Source: a virus
Lineage: Duplodnaviria > Caudoviricetes
Virus record (IMG/VR): IMGVR_UViG_3300005043_000142
Span: 1 to 53,377 of that record
Direction: 5' to 3' (one strand)
DNA length: 53,377 bases
Shown piece after piece: positions 46,698-53,377 of this stretch. The translations under genes were made by a program, and so were the position numbers. The notes below the pieces were generated by a model, which saw nothing but the letters and a program-made list of their open reading frames with translations, was not told the origin of the DNA and ran no database searches. Positions within the stretch are counted from its first letter, which is position 1. Each line of letters starts with the position of its first letter.

Positions 46698-46761
46698 CAA
46701 GCGCCCGAAACCGGCTCCCGGCGCCGGGCCGGCAGGACGCGGGCAAAGGCCGGGGCAAATT

Positions 46762-46795
46762 CAGGACAGGACAGGACACAGGACACAGGACAGGG
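46762..46795 (+). repeat. CAGGA(CA) array with five GGA motifs over the RBS of the next gene
   Basis: CAGGACAGGACAGGACACAGGACACAGGACAGGG, then TT and the ATG at 46798. Confidence 0.9.
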
Positions 46796-46797
46796 TT

Positions 46798-47340
46798 ATG
46801 AACAAAGCCGACTTAATTAAAAAGCGCACCGATTATCTTGCAGAAAACCTTGCGGCCGGTGGTGTTGTGATTATCAACAAACAGGGCGAGGGGTGTGGCT
46901 GGTCACACGAAGTTCGTGACCCTCACCTGTGGGAGCCGGGCTGCATTGCGGTTGAAGAAAACGGCAACTGCTGGACAGCAAGCGGCGGCAACGACTACGA
47001 CGGGGCAACGTACTGGCAGCTCATTACCGACGAGCCTGAGCAGTCACAAGATCGCATCGAAGAGCTTGAGAATGCCTTAGCGATTGCCCTGCCCTTTGTT
47101 GAAGAGGCTAAGTCAGAAATTGGCTACAAGCCAGGCTACGTCGAAAAGACCATTCGCAAACTGATCGACACAAAAGCCGGAAAGGCTGAACCACGCGGCC
47201 GCCACATTCCAGAACCTCTGATTAACAACATGAGCACCGAAGAGCTGCGCAGCGCCATCGCCGGTGCACCGCTCAACTACATGACACTGCAGGCAGTAAG
47301 TCGTCGCCTGCTCGACATCATCGACGATTTAAAGCGCTGA
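46798..47340 (+). CDS. Hypothetical protein
   Basis: Start reassigned to MNKADL; the track's upstream extension overlaps csrA and the repeat array. Confidence 0.7.
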   Translation: MNKADLIKKRTDYLAENLAAGGVVIINKQGEGCGWSHEVRDPHLWEPGCIAVEENGNCWTASGGNDYDGATYWQLITDEPEQSQDRIEELENALAIALPFVEEAKSEIGYKPGYVEKTIRKLIDTKAGKAEPRGRHIPEPLINNMSTEELRSAIAGAPLNYMTLQAVSRRLLDIIDDLKR

Positions 47341-47349
47341 GGTAACAGC

Positions 47350-47802
47350 ATGAAACCAGAAGCATTCATCCACCAGCATATTTTCAGTCAACTCGCTGTT
47401 CGCGGTTATAGCAAAGCTAAGTGCGAACAAATGGCAGGGCGCGCGGTAAACCAGTGGCGGGAAAGCGCCCTTCCTGATGGCGTTAAATTTAACGAGCTGC
47501 TGGCCAACGCAGTTGAAACTGCTGGCGCACCAGTTGCCCGCGGGCAATCTCAGAAAATGCTGCTGGACGCAATTATCGGACGACGGGTGACGGCCGTTTA
47601 TCAGACTAAGCGTATGTGGAGCATGTGGTGCATAGAGGGCCGAACCGAAGCTGGTGTTGATTTCAAATTCAAGCTGAGCACGGATTCAATCCAACGCTTT
47701 ATTTCTGCAGGCCTTCTCAAAGAAACCGCTACCGAAAAAGAACTGGTTGCGACTGATGATATCGACTGGATTCCGGTCGGAATTAAGAAGGTGGCGGCAT
47801 GA
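47350..47802 (+). CDS. Hypothetical protein
   Basis: GAGGT RBS; coupled to the next gene. Confidence 0.7.
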   Translation: MKPEAFIHQHIFSQLAVRGYSKAKCEQMAGRAVNQWRESALPDGVKFNELLANAVETAGAPVARGQSQKMLLDAIIGRRVTAVYQTKRMWSMWCIEGRTEAGVDFKFKLSTDSIQRFISAGLLKETATEKELVATDDIDWIPVGIKKVAA

Positions 47803-48230
47803 ATATGAAAGAAATTTCTACCGAATTTTTCGATAACAGCATCCGTGCAGAGCTGATCGTAAATATCCCGTCGATGCTTTCCGACGAAGATTCTCCGCCA
47901 GATATTATTGCGGATAATGTCTACGACGACCTTGACCGCACTTGCGCAGCCATGGGCATTAAGCCGCCTTCAATTCATGACATCGACGATCTTGGCTTTT
48001 GGTTTTCTGATCTGGCTCGCCGCAAAGGTTTTAACGGATTTCTGGTTCAGTTCGCCACACCAATTCCAACAAATATTCGCCAGGATGGTGGATTCAGTTT
48101 TAGCTGGGGCTACTACACCACCCAATGGATTTATGGCGACACGTACGAAGAGGCTTGTGCAAAAGCCGTCGAATGGGCTGCTGGGTTTGTAAGTGAGAAG
48201 CGCGCTGCGGCTGGGGTGTCTGCAAAATGA
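47799..48230 (+). CDS. Hypothetical protein
   Basis: ATGA-coupled at both ends. Confidence 0.7.
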   Translation: MNMKEISTEFFDNSIRAELIVNIPSMLSDEDSPPDIIADNVYDDLDRTCAAMGIKPPSIHDIDDLGFWFSDLARRKGFNGFLVQFATPIPTNIRQDGGFSFSWGYYTTQWIYGDTYEEACAKAVEWAAGFVSEKRAAAGVSAK

Positions 48231-49114
48231 TCACCGCCAACACCTACTTTTCCGGCATCGGCATGATGGATCTTGGTCTGCAGATGGCAGGCATTCAGAT
48301 CGGCCAGTCATTCGAGCTGGACGCCGACGCATGCAAAACCTACCGGGCAAACCACACCCATAAACTGGTTGAAGGTGACCTGACACAACAGCTGGTGTTG
48401 GAGCAGGACAGCTGCGACCTGATGGCCTTCACCTACCCGTGCACAAAATACAGCCGCATTGCAGATATCCACGGCACCCGCACTGGCGACGAGCTGTTCC
48501 TGCACGCCCTGCGCCATCTGGCCATTGCCCGGCCGGAGGCATACATGGTGGAAAACGTACCAGGCATGCGTGCCTTTCCAGTCGTAATGGAAGCCATGAC
48601 ACAGATGCCAGACTATTACGTTCAGGTGTTCTGCCCGGTTAAGACAGAAACGTGGCTGCCGCAGCGCCGCCACCGACTGATCATCATCGGCACCCGCCGA
48701 GAGTTTTCGATTCGGCCGCCGGCCAATACGCGCCCAGTGACGCTGGCCGAGATTGTCGAGGCTGATCCACAGGTAACCATTCCGAAAGCAGTGGCCGAAC
48801 GCATGAGCGGCAAATACCGCGACCTGCCGATTATTTCCGACCCGGCACGTGGCGATATTGCCCCCACTTGCGTGGCGCATTACGCAAAAGACAAAAGTAC
48901 CCGACTTGTAGCAGATAAGCGGTTTCCGCTGGGTGTGCGCCCCTATTCCGTGCGGGAGTACGCACGACTGCAGGGCCTTCCGGATTCATTCGTATTCCCG
49001 GTATCAGACACAGCCGCATACAAGCAGATAGGCAACGGCGTACCGGTGGACATGGGCCGCTGGGCCGGCGGTGAGCTGGTGCGTTATTTCAACCAAGCGA
49101 GGGCTGCAGCGTGA
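48227..49114 (+). CDS. C5-cytosine DNA methyltransferase
   Basis: FSGIG (motif I), YPC (IV), ENV (VI), QRRHR (VIII), RLQG (IX), GNGV (X). Confidence 0.95.
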   Translation: MITANTYFSGIGMMDLGLQMAGIQIGQSFELDADACKTYRANHTHKLVEGDLTQQLVLEQDSCDLMAFTYPCTKYSRIADIHGTRTGDELFLHALRHLAIARPEAYMVENVPGMRAFPVVMEAMTQMPDYYVQVFCPVKTETWLPQRRHRLIIIGTRREFSIRPPANTRPVTLAEIVEADPQVTIPKAVAERMSGKYRDLPIISDPARGDIAPTCVAHYAKDKSTRLVADKRFPLGVRPYSVREYARLQGLPDSFVFPVSDTAAYKQIGNGVPVDMGRWAGGELVRYFNQARAAA

Positions 49115-49773
49115 AAGTAAAACCAATGATTTTTAACACCGACATGGTGCGCGCCCTACTGGATGGCCGGAAAGTGCAGACGCGTCGGCCGTTTAAACTT
49201 CAACCGTTCTACTCAACGTCATTTTTTCCAAGCTGGGTATTCCCGCGAAATAAATCCGATGTAAAAGCTGGCGATAGCGGACTGTTTTACCCAAACGCAA
49301 AATCAAATGTGCTTGCGCTCAGTGGATATTCAGTCGGCGACCTGATCTATGTGCGGGAAACCTTTCGCCTGCTCGATAGCAACGATCAGTGCGATTGTGA
49401 GTATCCGTGCAACCATCCACAACAGGGATATCCCGTTTACTTTGCCGACGATCAGAACAACGAGCGGAAGTGGAAGCCATCAATTCACATGCCGCGCTGG
49501 GCCAGCCGCCTGACGCTGAAAGTAACCGGCGTTCGCGTTGAACGGGTGCAGGATATTTCTAATGCCGATTGCATCGTCGAAGGATTCACCGGAGGTCACG
49601 GTAGCATTCCCGGCTATATGTACAGCGCTACTCCGAAAGAACATTTTTGCGATACCTGGCAGACAATCTACGGCGAAAGCTGGGAACGCAACGACTGGGT
49701 ATGGGTTATCGATTTTGAGGTGATCCGCCAGAACGTGGATACCTACCTGAAAAAGCAGGAGCACGCGGCATGA
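49111..49773 (+). CDS. ASCH/PUA-like phage protein
   Basis: MVRALLDGRK.QTRR, VRETF, WKPSIHMPRWASR. Confidence 0.8.
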   Translation: MKVKPMIFNTDMVRALLDGRKVQTRRPFKLQPFYSTSFFPSWVFPRNKSDVKAGDSGLFYPNAKSNVLALSGYSVGDLIYVRETFRLLDSNDQCDCEYPCNHPQQGYPVYFADDQNNERKWKPSIHMPRWASRLTLKVTGVRVERVQDISNADCIVEGFTGGHGSIPGYMYSATPKEHFCDTWQTIYGESWERNDWVWVIDFEVIRQNVDTYLKKQEHAA

Positions 49774-50411
49774 ATCAACCACTGCAAACACTGGCAAAAC
49801 TAGCGGAAACCGTTGGCGTTGATTACTCGGCCATTAATTCAGATGACATGATCATCCAGACGGCTGAAGCGGCACTTAAAGAAATTAAACGACTAACCAC
49901 GGAACTGTCCAAAGAAACTGTACGCAAAGAAGCCGCGTATGCGAATGAACAACGGCTTGATAACGACAATTTAGAGCTTCGCCGGCGCATTTTTGCGCGC
50001 TTTAACGAAGACGAGTGCTGGATCTTTCAGGACGACGGCCACGACTACCCCGAAAGCCTAGTGTGTCCCGTTGTAATGTCTGCCGGGAAACTGCGAGAGC
50101 TGGTTGAGGCGCGATCCGAGCTGGATGAAATGGCCGCGCGGGTGGAGCGGTTTCGTGAAATCGTCGTCTCATACTACACAACCGGCGTATGCGTCAGTGA
50201 CGTTAAAAACATTCTCGCAGAAACCCCACCACCCGCTGCACTCGAAGCCCTGAAATCGCAGTGGCAGGCTGATCAATATAACGACGGAATGCCAGCACAA
50301 AAAGCGTTCTGGGAAGGGTTTGAACGCGGAGTAATGAATGGCGCAGTAAATATAAGGGCGCACTGGAATGAATATAAACAGCGCGTACAGGAGGCCGGTG
50401 ATGAAGTTTGA
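49770..50411 (+). CDS. Ead/Ea22-like coiled-coil accessory protein
   Basis: Coiled coils and ETP..A motif; located in the exo-xis region. Confidence 0.5.
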   Translation: MNQPLQTLAKLAETVGVDYSAINSDDMIIQTAEAALKEIKRLTTELSKETVRKEAAYANEQRLDNDNLELRRRIFARFNEDECWIFQDDGHDYPESLVCPVVMSAGKLRELVEARSELDEMAARVERFREIVVSYYTTGVCVSDVKNILAETPPPAALEALKSQWQADQYNDGMPAQKAFWEGFERGVMNGAVNIRAHWNEYKQRVQEAGDEV

Positions 50412-50931
50412 AAAATTAGACGAACTGGAAATGTTCGAATTGCTTCAGGCGGCATACCCTGAAAAGTTTATTAACGAAGATGACGAAACATGGGATGCTG
50501 CCCAGCAATTCGCTGATGACCTTAGCGGATGGGAAGACATTGCCGAACTTCTTGGGCGCGTCGTTATGCTTACAATGCCGATGGGATCAGGTATTACAAA
50601 ACGACTTTCGCATTGCATTGGGCCAGTGACTATTGCTGATGGAAAGGCTCATATGATTGCTGCTGTACGAAGAGACGCACAGGAGGCCGGTGATGAATAA
50701 GGTAAAGCTTACTGCGCCTGGCCAGATTGAGCGCGGCTGCAAAATTCACTGCACATTCAGCGGAAAGCCGCAGACCTATCGTGCAAAAGTAATCCTTAAT
50801 GCTGGAACCGATAAAGAGGAAGTGCTGATCAACATAAAGAAAAACCTCTATTTCATAACCAGCATGGCGATAGATGGCAGCTCATGGGCTAAGGATGTGT
50901 ACTTTGAAGCAGCACAGGAGACCGGTGATGA
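50387..50931 (+). repeat. Three copies of ACAGGAGRCCGGTGATGA at successive gene junctions
   Basis: Copies at 50387-50404, 50679-50696 and 50914-50931. Confidence 0.92.
50401..50700 (+). CDS. Hypothetical protein
   Basis: RBS and ATG are supplied by repeat copy 1. Confidence 0.75.
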   Translation: MKFEKLDELEMFELLQAAYPEKFINEDDETWDAAQQFADDLSGWEDIAELLGRVVMLTMPMGSGITKRLSHCIGPVTIADGKAHMIAAVRRDAQEAGDE

Positions 50932-50935
50932 CTGA
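50693..50935 (+). CDS. Hypothetical protein
   Basis: RBS and ATG are supplied by repeat copy 2. Confidence 0.75.
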   Translation: MNKVKLTAPGQIERGCKIHCTFSGKPQTYRAKVILNAGTDKEEVLINIKKNLYFITSMAIDGSSWAKDVYFEAAQETGDD

Positions 50936-51230
50936 AGACCAGAATGCATTGCTGATTTTTATGGAAGAACTGGGCGAAGTCGCGGCAGAGCTGCTGAAAC
51001 TGCAGAACCAAGTATCGAAGGCAATTCGCTTCGGCATTGATGAACAGCGCGATTTAGCAACATCAAACCGCGAGCGCATTCAGGCTGAGTGGAATGATCT
51101 TCTCGGCTCGATTCAGGTTCTGGCAAAGCACGGAGTTGATCTGCAGCCGAATATCGCCGCTATCGCCGCGAAGGTAGAGAAAGTCGAACGATACACGTCA
51201 TACAGCAAGCAATGTGGGCAGGTGTCCTGA
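50928..51230 (+). CDS. MazG-like NTP pyrophosphohydrolase
   Basis: EELGEV...EWNDL (EExxE...ExxD). Confidence 0.7.
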   Translation: MTEDQNALLIFMEELGEVAAELLKLQNQVSKAIRFGIDEQRDLATSNRERIQAEWNDLLGSIQVLAKHGVDLQPNIAAIAAKVEKVERYTSYSKQCGQVS

Positions 51231-51454
51231 TGAACGAGCATAAAACCATCCAGATCGTCGCGGCTCCCGGCCACGAAGAATATGTAAAGGAGCTGATGGA
51301 AAAGCAGCTGAAAAAGGCCGGGCTTACGATAGCAATCTGCCCCACCGGCCATGAGGCTTTCTTCGAGGAATTAAAAACACCTGCAGTCCCACAACTGCAG
51401 AACCGAGAAACATGGCGCGGCAAAGGCAAGCGCCGGATGCCGAGAGGTAAATAG
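51230..51454 (+). CDS. Hypothetical protein
   Basis: TGATG coupling. Confidence 0.6.
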   Translation: MNEHKTIQIVAAPGHEEYVKELMEKQLKKAGLTIAICPTGHEAFFEELKTPAVPQLQNRETWRGKGKRRMPRGK

Positions 51455-51456
51455 CA

Positions 51457-51672
51457 ATGGCAACTGAATACGTCGATCTGGTAACCGATGCCGGCGAACT
51501 GATCCGCATCGAATGCCCGAATAAATACACCGACGAGCTGTACGACTCGCTGGAAAATTCGATGAAGCGAAAAGACTGGTGGAGCCCTTCACAGTTTGAT
51601 GGCTGTACCGCTACTTACATGGGGTTGATTATTTCCCGCGTAGCGATGAGCAAAATTGTCGGGATGCTTTAA
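51457..51672 (+). CDS. Hypothetical protein
   Basis: GAGGT RBS; stop codon lies in the TAAC of the attC-like site. Confidence 0.7.
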   Translation: MATEYVDLVTDAGELIRIECPNKYTDELYDSLENSMKRKDWWSPSQFDGCTATYMGLIISRVAMSKIVGML

Positions 51673-51743
51673 CCCCCAGCTTTGCGGCTTGGAATGAACG
51701 AGGAACGAGAGAATGGAAAGTCCGAAAGAGTGTGTTGTTATGT
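51667..51743 (+). other. attC-like integron recombination site 1
   Basis: CTTTAAC ... GTTATGT (77 bp) with imperfect inner arms CTTTGCGGCTT / AAGTCCGAAAGAG carrying bulged T and G. Confidence 0.7.
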
Positions 51744-51943
51744 GCTCAATGCCTGAAGATCGAAACAGAGTTGAAACGGGTGCCATTCAATTTGGTGGTG
51801 ATTGGCCAGGGGTTTTTATTCGTGGCGACAATGCGGCCTACTACAGTATGGCGCTTGATAGTCTTTTGAGTGGCAATGTTGACCCTATGACTCTGGGAAT
51901 ACTAAGCGGTTTAAATGAGCTATTGAAATCTAGTCATGTTTAG
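51740..51943 (+). CDS. Hypothetical protein in a cassette-like unit
   Basis: ATG lies within GTTATGT (alternatives at 51713 and 51749); RVETGAIQFGGDWPGVFIRGDNA. Confidence 0.7.
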   Translation: MCSMPEDRNRVETGAIQFGGDWPGVFIRGDNAAYYSMALDSLLSGNVDPMTLGILSGLNELLKSSHV

Positions 51944-51945
51944 AC

Positions 51946-51995
51946 ACATAACAAAGATATTCCCCGGCTCCGTCCGGGGCAATGAAGTGTTATTG
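51946..51995 (+). other. Short attC-like hairpin 2
   Basis: ACATAAC ... ATTCCCCGG-CTCCGT-CCGGGG(C)AAT ... GTTATTG; 50 bp. Confidence 0.5.
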
Positions 51996-52025
51996 GCAAC
52001 AGCAGGCAGCACAGAAAACAGAGCC

Positions 52026-52256
52026 ATGAAGGGCTTAATGAAACTGAAGATACGAACAATGGCTTTACTCGAATTGGGTGCCTGGATATCAAAGCGCTTT
52101 GAAAACCCCCGCCCAAGTAAGCGCACTGCACAGCACTGGTGCGTTTCTGGTGCTGTTCCAGCAAAAAAAATCGGCAACAAATGGTTTGTTGATACTGACG
52201 CAGAACAGCTGGAAACTGGGAATGATCTGGTTGATCAAGTATTGCGAGCGAGTTGA
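52026..52256 (+). CDS. xis: Excisionase
   Basis: PSKRTAQHWC..G...AKKIGNKWFVD; coupled to the integrase; start uncertain. Confidence 0.8.
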   Translation: MKGLMKLKIRTMALLELGAWISKRFENPRPSKRTAQHWCVSGAVPAKKIGNKWFVDTDAEQLETGNDLVDQVLRAS

Positions 52257-53377
52257 TGGCACCAAGAGCACGAAAGCACAAAGGGCTGGAGCCAAATCTA
52301 TACCAGTCCGAGCGAAAGAACACGACCTATTACCGTTACAAGCACCCGATAACAGGGGCTTGGCACGGAATGGGCGACAATAAGGCCAAGGCCAATGCAG
52401 CTGCGCGCATTTTAAATGCAAAGCTTCTTACTGGCGGCGCAGGATTGGTTGAGCGCGTACTTGGGATCGCTGACAAAACAATCTCTCACCTCGTTGAGCG
52501 TTTCCGCGCTGAGCGCCTGCCAGAGCTTGGGCTTGCCGCAGGAACGCAGAGAAACACAGAATACCGTCTCAATCGAATAGAGCAGGATCTTGGAAATCGC
52601 ATCATTTCGACAGTCACAACCCAAGACTGTGCAGAGTGGCTTGATAATAATTTCGAACGAAACCCTTACGTTAAGCACCGCGGTACACTGATAGACCTGT
52701 TTCGGTTCGGTGTTACAAAAGGCTATTTGCAGAACAATCCGGCAGATCCAACTTACGCGCAAAAGCAGGATAAAAAAGCGCGCCAGCGCATGACGCTGGA
52801 GCAGTACAAGGCTCTACACGCAGCTGCCCCGTCATGGCTAAAGATCGCCATGGAGATTGCATTAATCACGCTGCAAGGCAGGTACGAAGTCTGCCATATG
52901 CGATATGACGCAATCAGAGACGGCGCGCTGCACGTTGTTCGTGAGAAAACCAAGAAAAACGACTGGGCGCGATTGAGGATCATGATGACCCCCGAACTGG
53001 AGGAAGTTGTGCGAAGATCCAGAGATGACGGTATTGTGAGCCCTTACATTGTTCATTGGCGTCCAAGTAGGATTAAGCCATCGAAAGATACCGACCACTG
53101 GAGCCAGTTCAGTCCAAACAAGTTCGGTGCAGAGTTCCGCAAAGTGCGTGACACGCTTTCGGTGTTCACCCGCATGCAAAAAGAAGAGCGTCCAACCTTT
53201 CACGAGATTCGTTCGCTTGGTGCGTGGCTGTATGAGCAAAACGGCTATCAAACAGACTACGTTCAACAGCTCATGGCCCACGGCGATCAGGCTATGACCA
53301 AATACTACCAGCAGGGCCATTCGGAAAAATGGGTGCAGGTTGAGGCCGGTTTGTGCATAAACGAACTGATCAGTTAG
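52256..53377 (+). CDS. int: Tyrosine integrase with lambda-like arm-binding domain
   Basis: LEPNLY...YYRYKHP; catalytic R, K, HEIR, H and Y residues. Confidence 0.96.
   Translation: MAPRARKHKGLEPNLYQSERKNTTYYRYKHPITGAWHGMGDNKAKANAAARILNAKLLTGGAGLVERVLGIADKTISHLVERFRAERLPELGLAAGTQRNTEYRLNRIEQDLGNRIISTVTTQDCAEWLDNNFERNPYVKHRGTLIDLFRFGVTKGYLQNNPADPTYAQKQDKKARQRMTLEQYKALHAAAPSWLKIAMEIALITLQGRYEVCHMRYDAIRDGALHVVREKTKKNDWARLRIMMTPELEEVVRRSRDDGIVSPYIVHWRPSRIKPSKDTDHWSQFSPNKFGAEFRKVRDTLSVFTRMQKEERPTFHEIRSLGAWLYEQNGYQTDYVQQLMAHGDQAMTKYYQQGHSEKWVQVEAGLCINELIS

Larger units (their letters stand above)
1..53377. mobile_element. Temperate phage/prophage with lambdoid early region and podovirus-type late region
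   Basis: Ordered integrase, xis, recombination, cI/cro, replication, nin, lysis, terminase, portal, capsid, tail and ejection genes. No tape-measure or sheath gene recognised. Confidence 0.96.

Noticed and set aside
46576-46797. N-terminal extension of ORF 46576-47340
   Set aside because: Non-ATG start inside csrA, translating hairpin and repeat sequence; ATG 46798 is more plausible.
48227-49114. C5-MTase as part of a restriction-modification system
   Set aside because: No adjacent restriction endonuclease recognised; orphan MTases are common in phages.
50387-50931. Junction repeats as a CRISPR array
   Set aside because: Spacers are whole genes of over 200 bp, the repeat is 18 bp, and there are no cas genes.
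1-53377. attL/attR direct repeats
   Set aside because: The window ends at stop codons on both sides and no terminal repeat was seen; flanking sequence is needed.

Overview
The window is an apparently complete temperate phage or prophage, probably from a gammaproteobacterial host. It runs from a stop codon at 1 to the integrase stop at 53377, and no att sites are visible. The early region is lambdoid: cro/cI switch with five 16-bp operators, O/P-like replication genes with five iterons, ninB/ninG, a Q-like gene, Bet and YqaJ, xis/int. The late region is podovirus-type, resembling 933W: lysis, terminase, portal, N4-gp56-like capsid, tail and ejection proteins, and a 3704-aa polyvalent virion protein. 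The most notable observations are: (1) an integron-style cassette bounded by two attC-like hairpins next to xis, with no intI; (2) a phage csrA followed by a CAGGA array over the next gene's ribosome-binding site; (3) an 18-bp repeat joining three consecutive accessory genes; (4) two similar promoter-terminator cassettes, one heading the late operon and one heading the ejection genes; (5) a CI whose protease residues are lost; (6) a candidate anti-CBASS fusion in the lysis cassette; (7) a hairpin-tiled 425-bp leader before the replication gene. All family assignments come from motif recognition by eye, not database searches.
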